A program made the position numbers and the translations under genes. Below, in pieces: positions 10,368-19,230 of a stretch of 32,000 nt of DNA (the first letter of the stretch is position 1; every line of letters begins with the position of its first letter). The stretch is from NCBI RefSeq assembly GCF_019203185.1, contig NZ_CP078093.1:2700389-2732388 (forward strand). Reading direction: 5' to 3'. The notes under the pieces were generated by a model. That model searched no databases and was not told the DNA's origin. It saw nothing but the letters and a program-made list of their open reading frames with translations. The stretch is from Crassaminicella indica. GTDB lineage: Bacteria; Bacillota; Clostridia; Peptostreptococcales; Thermotaleaceae.

Positions 10368-11954
10368 ATGAAATTAACAAAAAAAACAATTATTTTAGGG
10401 CTTATTAGTATAACAATTATTTTTAGTATAGCATATATCTTAAATAATCTAAAATTTATTTCTACCACTGAGCAATCAACTGATAGTAAAAAGATAAAAA
10501 ACACAAAATATACACTCAATGATCTTCCAAAAGATATTATTAAACATATTAAGTCCAATAGAATCACTAGTGATTTATCTAAAGAAGAGATGAAAGAAAA
10601 TTTTAAAAAATGTTTATATAAATATACTAGCTTAGATGAAGGATTAGATAAGATTCCTAAGAATGATCAAATTAAAGGAAATCCTTCAGACTCCTTATTA
10701 ACTCAACAGAATATGCTTAAATATGAAGAATGTGTGGAAGATATAAACTATCTTTTTACAAATCTAAAGTATGGATATCCTGGATATGAATATTTTGGTG
10801 GAGATGACAGATTTAATAAATCAAAAAGTAAAATCTTAAAAGAAATAAACCAATTTAAAGATGAAAATGAAAGAATAGAGACAATTCAATTCAATTTAAT
10901 TGTTATTAGGAATTTAAAATTCATTAAGGATGGACATTTTATAGTAAATTATATGCCTCTTACTAATACTACATATACATTTATGAATATAAATAATTCT
11001 ATTTTAAAAGATCGTGATAATTACTATATAAAAGATAACAACAAAATGTACTCCATAGTATCTATTGAAGAAAAAGATCCATCCTATTATATAAAGCCAT
11101 CTCTTGATGATGATGGAAAAATTATATATAAAATTGTGTATTTAAAAGATGTTATAAATTCTGCATTATACATTAATATGGTTCTTAATGATGAAGAATC
11201 AGAAATTCTAAAGAAAGTGAAACTTAAAAGGGTAATTCCCCCCTCAAAGAAAATAAAATTGAAAAACTATATATTTAAAAAAATTCAAGGTATACCAATA
11301 TTTAAAGTTACTTCTTTTGGAAAAGAATTAAAATCATTTCAAGAGGACGGTTTGAGATATTCAGATGAGAATATTGCCATATTAGATTTAAGAGGTAATA
11401 AAGGAGGTGCAATCTTTGATGGTTGTAAATGGATTTCGAACTTTACTAATAATAAGGTAGATTCTTTTAAACTTATTAAGTCTGCATTACTTACTAAAGT
11501 TTGTAAAAAGCGAATATCTGATAACTTTACTACAAATAACAACCTGAAAAAAGTAGACCTAAAGGATTTTTATGCTGGTATTGATTCCTCTAATTTAGTT
11601 GGTTGGTCAAAAATAAGGATTCCTGAATTAGGATACTTGAAAAATGATAAGATTATTATTGTTCTCTTTGACAAAAATACTGCATCAGCTAGTGAAAACA
11701 TGATTAGTACGTTAAGTAAAATGGATAACACCATTTTCATAGGAATGAATTCAGCTGGTGCATTAAATATACCTGGTCTAGGGATTAACATTCTTCCAAA
11801 TTCTAAGTTAACAGTTCAATTTGGATCTTTCATATTAATGGAACCAGACTTTGTTTGGAGAGATGGCATTGGATATTTCCCTGATTTTTGGGTTGAATCT
11901 GATGATGCTTTAGATAAAGCCATTAGGTTTATAAATAATTATATAAAGAAATAA
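10368..11954 (+). CDS. S41 (C-terminal processing protease-like) peptidase family protein with N-terminal TM segment
   Basis: AILDLRGNKGG, IIIVLFDKNTASASENMISTLSKMDNTIFIGMNSAGA and LGINILPNSKLTVQFG...DGIGYFPDFWV resemble the S41 fold. RBS GAGAGGGAG upstream. Confidence 0.8.
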   Translation: MKLTKKTIILGLISITIIFSIAYILNNLKFISTTEQSTDSKKIKNTKYTLNDLPKDIIKHIKSNRITSDLSKEEMKENFKKCLYKYTSLDEGLDKIPKNDQIKGNPSDSLLTQQNMLKYEECVEDINYLFTNLKYGYPGYEYFGGDDRFNKSKSKILKEINQFKDENERIETIQFNLIVIRNLKFIKDGHFIVNYMPLTNTTYTFMNINNSILKDRDNYYIKDNNKMYSIVSIEEKDPSYYIKPSLDDDGKIIYKIVYLKDVINSALYINMVLNDEESEILKKVKLKRVIPPSKKIKLKNYIFKKIQGIPIFKVTSFGKELKSFQEDGLRYSDENIAILDLRGNKGGAIFDGCKWISNFTNNKVDSFKLIKSALLTKVCKKRISDNFTTNNNLKKVDLKDFYAGIDSSNLVGWSKIRIPELGYLKNDKIIIVLFDKNTASASENMISTLSKMDNTIFIGMNSAGALNIPGLGINILPNSKLTVQFGSFILMEPDFVWRDGIGYFPDFWVESDDALDKAIRFINNYIKK

Positions 11955-12127
11955 TTAAATGATAATAGAATAGTGATACTGGGCAGCTCCGTTTTTTCTG
12001 AAAAAAGTTATCAAACCTTACTTTAGTGTTTTGTCTAAAATAATACTAGTCCACTGTAACATTTAATTTCTAGTCCACTGAATCTACTTCTAAAATCCTG
12101 TCTATAATCTTGAATAATATCATATTG

Positions 12128-12664
12128 ATGTATATAAGAGATCGCAAATCTCAAAGACAAATAAGTAAAGAAACTGGTATATCTAGAGACACCCTAAGAA
12201 AATACATCAGAAAATATGAAAACAAATTAATAGAACTAGGAAAAATCAACAAAGGAGATGATATGAATAAGGTGGACCTTATATGAGATATAATTTTGCC
12301 TCCCAAGTATAAAACTGGCCCAAGAACTAAAAAAGCTATGACAGATGAAGTTATAGAAAGAATTAAATATTACTTAAAAGAGAATGAAAATAAAAGGTTA
12401 ATGGGATTATCTAAGCAACAGAAGAAAAAAGTTGATATACATCAAGCCTTATTAGCCGAAGGCTTTGGAATTAGCTATACTAGTGTTGTAAATACTATAA
12501 ATAATATTGAAAAAGTAGCCAAAGAAGCCTTTATTAAGCAAGAATATTCTAAAGGTGATGCTGCGGAATTTGATTGGGAAACTGTGAAATTATACACCGA
12601 AGGTAGTGTTTTAAGAGAATATCAAATGGCCATATTTACATCTGCCTACGGCAATTATAGATAG
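12128..12664 (+). pseudogene. IS21 IstA-like transposase N-terminal relic
   Basis: MYIRDRKSQRQISKETGISRDTLRKYIRKYENKL..., in-frame TGA, then KQQKKKVDIHQALLAEGFGISYTSVVNTI...EYSKGDAAEFDWETVKLY. Confidence 0.65.
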
Positions 12665-12762
12665 GCTAGATTATTCCCTAAACAAAATACATATTGCTTT
12701 TCAGAAGCTCACGTTTTATTCTTTGACCATATTCAAGGTGCTTACAGAACTGTAGTATACGA

Positions 12763-12879
12763 GTTTATGAGATTTTATAATGAACGTAGAATTCATTCTA
12801 GTATTAATGATATGTCTCCAAAAGAATTTTATGAAGCAAGTCAGAAAAACAAAATAAAAACTAAGGAAATACACTTATA
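12763..12879 (+). pseudogene. IS3-family OrfB C-terminal relic
   Basis: Translation ..VYEFMRFYNERRIHSSINDMSPKEFYEASQKNKIKTKEIHL*. Confidence 0.6.
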
Positions 12880-12929
12880 ACAAAGGTATTTTAAGAATGA
12901 AAGAGCTAATAGTACTTATTGTTCAAAAA

Positions 12930-13351
12930 TAAGGGGTTGATCCGAATGATACTTAATCCATCAATACTTTTCCTAAGATCAGTAGCCCCACAAGCTAAGT
13001 ATACTGTATCTATTTTATTTATATTTAACATGTCTTCATAATCGCTTCCAAAACGGATGATATTGAAGCCTTGTCATTATTTTGAATATATATTTTGGCT
13101 TTTCCTATCTCAATTTTAATACTATTTGTTGGATACGATGTAGATGTAGTAGATACGTTTTTAGAAGTTTTTTCTTTAAGGTTGACAGCATGAAATACCT
13201 GATGATCTTTCTTTTTGATATTTTTTCTTCTGTAATATAGTTGATGGATGCTAATGTTATTTTTTTTGCAAAAAGACCTAATAGTTCCTTTATGTAAAGA
13301 AAATCTATTTAAAATATCTTCCCTGTCAATAGCTGGTGATTCTTCTTTCAT
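12930..13351 (-). pseudogene. IS66-family TnpB 5' remnant plus TnpA-like ORF
   Basis: 12945-13080 is near-identical to 20888-21020 and to the reverse complement of the 7520-7570 tnpB segment. ORF 13025..13351 (FCKKNNISIHQLYYRRKNIKKK) is IS66 TnpA-like. Confidence 0.65.
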
Positions 13352-13571
13352 AACAGGTAACTCCTCCTATATCTCCTATATAATAGATTTTGTTATCTGT
13401 TATTCTAGCAAAGTAAGATACAAACTACTAGGCAGAAAATCTTTGACGGTTACGAATAATGTTTAAAACAAGAAGCAGCAAATCTAAGAGCTAAAATATA
13501 TGAGGAGTTTTAATTAATATGCATCCATAAATTCTTTTCTCAAACTATATACACTACATAATAGACATATA

Positions 13572-13614
13572 AACAAAGATGAATCTCTTGATTTTACAGG
13601 AACTCATCTTTGTT
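13572..13614. promoter_or_regulatory. Stem-loop between IS66 relic and agr-like locus
   Basis: Perfect 11-bp inverted repeat AACAAAGATGA ... TCATCTTTGTT with a ~21-nt loop; no U-tract on the plus side. Confidence 0.4.
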
Positions 13615-13919
13615 AGTTAAGATAATCCGACAAAACTCACCGCTAAGACAATATATGGGGATAATTATTGAATTTTTTTCACATTAATTATTTATCAGCG
13701 AAGATGTCATCAAGGGCTAAGTAATTTCCAATATATACAATTTACTTTATCCCTAGATGCACGGATGATCCTATTACCCCATGTTGAAAGAAACTCAAAA
13801 CACAAGTAATATAAATTTTTCCATTCATTCTACAAAATTCTGCTTTTTTTTTAAGTTGTTTATATTATTATTATTATAAATGCAGTTTTATTTGTAATCA
13901 AATAGAAAGGAAGATTTGC

Positions 13920-14387
13920 ATGTTCTCAATACCATTAGCTACGGCTGTAATGATAGGTTGGCCAGAAATATTTATAATGCTTATAATGGGATTTTACTTA
14001 TCAAATATAAGAAAACTAAACATATTCAAATTACTGTTTATAGCATTTATACAAGCTATTATTACCTACCAGGTAAGAAAGCTAACTGGAATATTTGGAA
14101 TACATACCATTGTACATATGATTACATTGACTTTATTGGTTTATTTTATTCTAAATATAAGCTTTTATAAAGCTGCAATCCCTGTTCTAATGGGAACTGT
14201 ATTAGAAGGAATGATTCAAAGCAGTATGTTACCGAATATTTTAAACTTTTGTAAAATTGATGTATGTAATTTAGCACAAAAACCTAAGGATATAACTTTG
14301 TGTTTTATGCCTATTTTTATAGTTTCATTTTTGTTTATATTTCTTATTAAAAAATTTAATCTCTCCTTATGGGATGTTGAAAAATAG
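13920..14387 (+). CDS. Polytopic membrane protein, candidate sensor (AgrC-like transmembrane) subunit of split agr receptor
   Basis: ~5 hydrophobic segments; RBS AAAGGAAG; directly upstream (11-bp gap) of the GHKL kinase ORF. Confidence 0.6.
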   Translation: MFSIPLATAVMIGWPEIFIMLIMGFYLSNIRKLNIFKLLFIAFIQAIITYQVRKLTGIFGIHTIVHMITLTLLVYFILNISFYKAAIPVLMGTVLEGMIQSSMLPNILNFCKIDVCNLAQKPKDITLCFMPIFIVSFLFIFLIKKFNLSLWDVEK

Positions 14388-14398
14388 AAGGTGTTATA

Positions 14399-15268
14399 TT
14401 GAAAATATTTAACATTTATATGCTTATTATTACGATTCTTTTACAACTAACAGTAATTTTAATGTTTAATACATCTATTGAAACTGCTACATCCCTTGAA
14501 AATCTCAAAAGGTGTATACCATTTTTCAACTTATTAATAATGATTTTAACTTTTTTTGTTATTTTTTCTATAAAAAAAATAAATGAATATAGAAACAAAG
14601 AAATTGAAAATAAATTATTAAAAACCTACTTAAGTAATGTAGAAAGTATACTTACTTTATTTCGAAAACAAAGACATAGCTATATCAACCATATACAAAC
14701 CATAAAATCTATGAGCTATTTAGAAGAGTATAATGATTTAATAGATTATTTAGAAGGGATTTCAGAAGAATATAGAAATGTTTCTGAATTAATCAGAGTA
14801 GGAAATCCAGCTCTTACAGCTTTATTGAATATAAAAAAGGAAATTGCAGAAAAAAAAGGCGTGAATGTATATATTAAGTGTAAATACAAAACAAATTTTG
14901 AATGGATTAGACCTTGGGATCTTTGTGATATGGTAGGGAATTTAATAGATAATGCAATTGAAGGGGCTACGATACTCACTAATTCCAAAAAATGGATAAA
15001 AGTAAAAATCGATAAATCTGAAAATAAATATATCTTACAAATAGAGAATACAGGAAAATTAGATAAAAATATTCCTACAGAAGAGTTATTTAAAGCAGGT
15101 ATTTCTACTAAAAATGCGACCAGCCGAGGGTACGGACTATATATCGTAAAACAAATCGTTGAAAAATATCATGGAACTGTAAGCATAGAAGAAACAGAAG
15201 ATGAAACCGTATTGGTAACATTAGTGCTAATAGAAGGAGTACAAGAAAATGTTGAAAAGATTATCTGA
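14399..15268 (+). CDS. AgrC-like sensor histidine kinase (GHKL ATPase, quorum-sensing type)
   Basis: RKQRHSYINHIQTIKSM (H-box), LCDMVGNLIDNAIEGA (N-box), GRGYGLYIVKQIVEKYHGTV (G-box). TTG start; only two N-terminal TM segments. Confidence 0.85.
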   Translation: MKIFNIYMLIITILLQLTVILMFNTSIETATSLENLKRCIPFFNLLIMILTFFVIFSIKKINEYRNKEIENKLLKTYLSNVESILTLFRKQRHSYINHIQTIKSMSYLEEYNDLIDYLEGISEEYRNVSELIRVGNPALTALLNIKKEIAEKKGVNVYIKCKYKTNFEWIRPWDLCDMVGNLIDNAIEGATILTNSKKWIKVKIDKSENKYILQIENTGKLDKNIPTEELFKAGISTKNATSRGYGLYIVKQIVEKYHGTVSIEETEDETVLVTLVLIEGVQENVEKII

Positions 15269-15887
15269 TACAATAGCTATTTACATAAGCAAAAATTTAA
15301 AAAGTGATAGGGATAAAATAGAGATTTATTCCTATGGACTACAAATATTTTTAGGAACAGCTTTCGAAATCATATTTATTATTATTACTGCTTATTTGCT
15401 TAATACCTTAAAATCTACAATTGTTGTATTAGTGTCTTTTATTCTTTTTAGAAGGTTATTAGGGGGGACTCACTGCACTATTTATAGAAACTGTTTTTTT
15501 GTAAGTGGGTTTAGTATGCTTTTATTAGGATTTATAGGTGATCAAGTAGTCTTATCATCTAAATACTTATTCGTTTTACTTGGATTAGCTTATATATTCT
15601 CTGTCATACAAACCATTAGATATATTCCAATGGGAACAGAGAAGAAAATGATAAAAAATTCAAATACTCGTTTAAAAATCAAAATACAAACAATACTACT
15701 TTTAAGTTTTTGGATGATCATCATTTATTTATTAAAAGATAAAGTTTCATCAAAATATATATTTTCTAGTTTATTAGGGGTAATTGGTGCATTTTTCTTT
15801 AGCACCCCTTTTAGTTATAAAATCATTAATCATTTAGAAATTTACTTGAATTTCTTAACAAAAGGAGGAAAAAAACAAAATGTTTAA
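15249..15887 (+). CDS. agrB: AgrB-family autoinducer-peptide processing membrane protease
   Basis: RRLLGGTHCTIYRNCFFVSG matches the AgrB catalytic His/Cys region (RxxxGGxHxxxxxxC); polytopic, 212 aa, followed immediately by AgrD-like peptide. Confidence 0.9.
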   Translation: MLKRLSDTIAIYISKNLKSDRDKIEIYSYGLQIFLGTAFEIIFIIITAYLLNTLKSTIVVLVSFILFRRLLGGTHCTIYRNCFFVSGFSMLLLGFIGDQVVLSSKYLFVLLGLAYIFSVIQTIRYIPMGTEKKMIKNSNTRLKIKIQTILLLSFWMIIIYLLKDKVSSKYIFSSLLGVIGAFFFSTPFSYKIINHLEIYLNFLTKGGKKQNV

Positions 15888-16020
15888 ATCAATGAGAAGA
15901 AATTTATTAGCTCTTGTTGCTGGGGTAGTCACTATGGTAGCTATGACAGGTGTAAGTACTGCATGTACATGGGGAGTTTACGAGCCTGAAATACCTGAAA
16001 GTATTAGAAAGGAACTTTAA
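15880..16020 (+). CDS. agrD: AgrD-like cyclic (thio)lactone autoinducer precursor, 46 aa
   Basis: Not in the supplied ORF track. Manual translation: MFKSMRRNLLALVAGVVTMVAMTGVSTACTWGVYEPEIPESIRKEL. AAAGGAGG RBS; overlaps the agrB stop; amphipathic leader, Cys core, acidic Pro-containing tail. Confidence 0.9.
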   Translation: MFKSMRRNLLALVAGVVTMVAMTGVSTACTWGVYEPEIPESIRKEL

Positions 16021-16031
16021 TTTAAAAGTAT

Positions 16032-16742
16032 ATGATGAATATATTAATATGTGATGATGATCTATATACAAGAAAAATGCTAGAAAAAATAGTATCACAA
16101 AATCCTTTTGTAGATACTGTTTTTCTTGCAAAGGATGGCGTAGAAGCAATTAATATGATTAAAAATGAATCTATTGATATTGCATTAATGGATATTGATA
16201 TGCCTAATCTAGATGGCATAGATGCAGCAAAAATGATGAGTAATTTATCTTCTAAAACTAGATTTATTTTTATTACTGCGTATATGGAGCATGCTATTGA
16301 ATCTTTTAGCGTACATCCTTATGATTATCTTTTAAAGCCAATAGATATTTCAAAATTTAAATATACACTTAATAATCTTATAATCATTGTTATGGAGGAT
16401 TTTAAAGAGAATGGTATTAGAAAGATTACTATAAAAGATAAAAGTAAAATATCTGTTGTTCCACTAAAAGAGATATTATATTTTGAAAAGGTAGATAGGG
16501 ATGTATTGGTACATACTCAAAAAGAAGAGTATACCTTAAGTAAAACATTAACTGAACTAGAAGATAAACTTAATAGTAGTTTTTGTAGAGTGCATCAATC
16601 GTTTATAGTAAATATAGAAAAAATAAAGACAATTACAAATATGGGAAACAGATCTTATCAAATTGAATTTACAGGATCTGAAAAAACTGCTTTAATGAGT
16701 AGATATAAGTTTGAGAAGTTAAAGAAGATTGTAATTTTTTAG
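16032..16742 (+). CDS. LytTR-family response regulator (AgrA-like)
   Basis: Receiver domain (ILICDDDLYTRKMLEKIV...IALMDIDMPNLDGIDAAKMM...FITAY) plus LytTR domain (EILYFEKVDRDVLVHTQKEEYTLSKTLTELEDKLNSSFCRVHQSFIVNIEKIKTI). Confidence 0.92.
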   Translation: MMNILICDDDLYTRKMLEKIVSQNPFVDTVFLAKDGVEAINMIKNESIDIALMDIDMPNLDGIDAAKMMSNLSSKTRFIFITAYMEHAIESFSVHPYDYLLKPIDISKFKYTLNNLIIIVMEDFKENGIRKITIKDKSKISVVPLKEILYFEKVDRDVLVHTQKEEYTLSKTLTELEDKLNSSFCRVHQSFIVNIEKIKTITNMGNRSYQIEFTGSEKTALMSRYKFEKLKKIVIF

Positions 16743-16870
16743 AATCGGGGAACGCCGAGATACATGTAAAAAGGGTTCTGGTGCAAAAAATATTAAATGC
16801 TAAAGTAATTTTCTTTCCAATTTTACTTTATGTCATTAAACCAAATAAATTATTGACTTGTGCAAAAATT

Positions 16871-17230
16871 CTAGGGCGTTAGCCCAAAGATTTTATATGA
16901 TTCATACAAGTTGATATTAATTGAAGCTAATATATATGTCCATATAATTATATACTTAAAGGTATCCCCTTTAAATAACTGTATTATATCTCCAAGCGTT
17001 AGCTTAGATTTTTCTTGATTTACTCTAGCTCGATAGATCTCTAACAAAGTGTAGGCTAAATATACAACCATCCAAAACCTTGTAAGGCCTTTTAGTTTAC
17101 GCATTTGATAATGCTTTAATCTTAATCTGTCTTTGAGATATAGAAATAATATTTCTATTTCCCAACGATTAGAATAATACTTTAAAATGGCTTTGTTACT
17201 AAGCTCTGTGTCGGTAGATAAAATAGATAC
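16871..17230 (-). pseudogene. IS701/IS4-like transposase, C-terminal fragment
   Basis: Minus-strand translation ILSTDTELSNKAILKYYSNRWEIEILFLYLKDRLRLKHYQMRKLKGLTRFWMVVYLAYTLLEIY... Confidence 0.75.
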
Positions 17231-17514
17231 TGTTTTAGGATTGCTTTATTAGCTTCAGAACATATTAGAACTACAGCATTCGGATTGACCCCCTATTATT
17301 GGACACTATCTTAAATTTTCTTAAGATAACATAGTATTTCAGCTTTTTCTAAAGTTGTCATGTAACTCTCGGTCTGCCCTTGACATTGAGCCTTTGTATT
17401 CATGATGTAATGCTCTTAAGGCAGCATTAAAAGTGAAAGAGCTTGCCTTGTTAATAGGCTATCATGCATGCCCTAAATATCAAGGGTACGCTCTGCCAGA
17501 CCTAAGTATAGCTT

Positions 17515-18355
17515 TTATAGCGCAATATGAACTTTCTCATTTGTATTCTGTAAATATTCATAATACTCATTTGGAGGCATAAACTTTGTAGATGAATGGA
17601 TTCTTTTCGTATTATATTTTTTGACGAACTCATTAACTTCTCTATAAGCTTGAGCATAATTTTCAAATTCATTGATTCCTAAACACTCATCTTCTAAGAT
17701 ACGATGATATGCTTCTATATATGCATTCATGTTTGGCGTATTATATGGAATTCTTTCATGTTCTATATTTAAATCTTTACAAGCAGTATTGTAAGCATTG
17801 CTAATATATTGAGGGCCATTATCTGATCGAATAATAGGCTTGCTTTTAACATCATATAATTGTCTTTTTAGTAATGCTGTTTTAATCACTCTAATTCCAT
17901 CTTCTGCTGTGCAACTAAGACCTATATGGTATGCAATAATGTTTCGATCAGCTACATCTATCATGCTCATAATGTAAAAAAATCTATCTTCGCCTGCTAT
18001 ATATCCATATTTTATATCTATTTCCCATAGTTGATTAGATCCTGTAACAATTCTATTTTTTGCGAGTTTTCTTGGATATTTTGGTTTGATTTTTCTTTGT
18101 TGTTTTAATATGTTCAGCTCTTTGCAAAGCCTGTATACTTTTTTCTTGTTTATGATTAAATTGCAATTTCTTCTCAACGCATATGTTAATTTTAAGTAAC
18201 CGTAGGAATATCCTTCGTCTTCAATAATTTGAATAATATATTCCTTGATTTGTTCATCGGATACCTTTTTCCCATTATTGGTTTTTGAATATCCTGGTAT
18301 AGCTCGTCCAGGAGCTTTACCTTTCGCTTGAGATTTTTTTGTCACGTGATAGTAG
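17515..18355 (-). pseudogene. IS3-family OrfB transposase, N-terminus truncated at the IS21 boundary
   Basis: YSYGYLKLTYALRR...NQLWEIDIKYGYI...PIIRSDNGPQYISNAY...ECLGINEFENYAQAYREVNEFVKKYNTKRIHSSTKFMPPNEYY; the sequence runs straight into the IS21 terminus at 18356. Confidence 0.8.
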
Positions 18356-18435
18356 TGTTAATGTCAATACAAATTCCTCAAAAAAGGGAAGATTTTTTCC
18401 CCACCTAAAAAATATAAAAAAATAAATAATTGATT

Positions 18436-19230
18436 TTAAGTTTCAATCTCAGATGATTTTTTATTAGTTACTTCATTATTTTGAAACATAGACTTAATTA
18501 CACCTTCACGTTGTTTCATTCTATAACTTTCACCTTTAATTACAATAAAATGGCAATGATGTATAAACCTATCTAATATAGCAGTAGCTAATACTGGATC
18601 ATAAAAGATTCTTGCCCATTCTTCAAAAACTTTATTTGATGTAATTATTATTGAGCCTTTTTCATACCTTCTTGATATAATTTCATAAAAGTCATCAACA
18701 CTATTTTGATTAAGTTTTTTAAGTCCTAATTCATCCAATATTAGCAAATCTGGGCTTGTATAATATCTTAGTTTTTGCCTAAATGAATTATCAGCTCTTG
18801 ACATATATAGCTCTTCGAGCATTTCATTTACAGTTGTAAATACTACTTTATAGCCTTGTGTAATAGCTTTAAGACCTAGAGCTATTGCTAAATGCGTTTT
18901 TCCTGTGCCCGGAGGGCCTATTAATGCTATATTTTCTTTTTTACGTACAAATTCACAAGTACTAAGATTATACACAAACCTTTTATTAATTGTAGGTTGA
19001 TAATTAAAATTATACTCTTCTAATGTTTTATGCTGTGGAAATTTAGCTTTTCTAATTCTATTTTTATTGCTATTATTTTGTCTATTTAAGATTTCATCAT
19101 TTATTAATAATTCAAAAAATTCAATATATGACAAATCGCTTTTTATAGCTTCTTCATTTCTCGAATCAAGTGTTTTTACTATACCTGAAAGCTTCAGATT
19201 TTTTAATCTAGACATTAGCATATCATTCAT
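18436..19230 (-). CDS. istB: IS21-family helper ATPase IstB
   Basis: Walker A IALIGPPGTGKTHLAIALG, Walker B PDLLILDELGLKKL, ...GSIIITSNKVFEEWARIFYDPVLATAILDRFIHHCHFIVIKGESYR. Confidence 0.95.
   Translation of the reverse strand: MNDMLMSRLKNLKLSGIVKTLDSRNEEAIKSDLSYIEFFELLINDEILNRQNNSNKNRIRKAKFPQHKTLEEYNFNYQPTINKRFVYNLSTCEFVRKKENIALIGPPGTGKTHLAIALGLKAITQGYKVVFTTVNEMLEELYMSRADNSFRQKLRYYTSPDLLILDELGLKKLNQNSVDDFYEIISRRYEKGSIIITSNKVFEEWARIFYDPVLATAILDRFIHHCHFIVIKGESYRMKQREGVIKSMFQNNEVTNKKSSEIET

Noticed and set aside
10277-10567. Minus-strand 96-aa hydrophobic ORF
   Set aside because: Antisense to the S41 peptidase 5' region; hydrophobicity is an AT-rich artefact.
11339-11791. Minus-strand ORFs within the S41 peptidase gene
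   Set aside because: Antisense to a strong coding frame; no independent support.
13916-14170. Plus-strand ORF overlapping the agr membrane protein in another frame
   Set aside because: Competing frame 13920..14387 has proper RBS spacing, longer length and operon context.
16022-16219. Minus-strand ORF overlapping the AgrA-like gene start
   Set aside because: Antisense to the receiver domain; no support.
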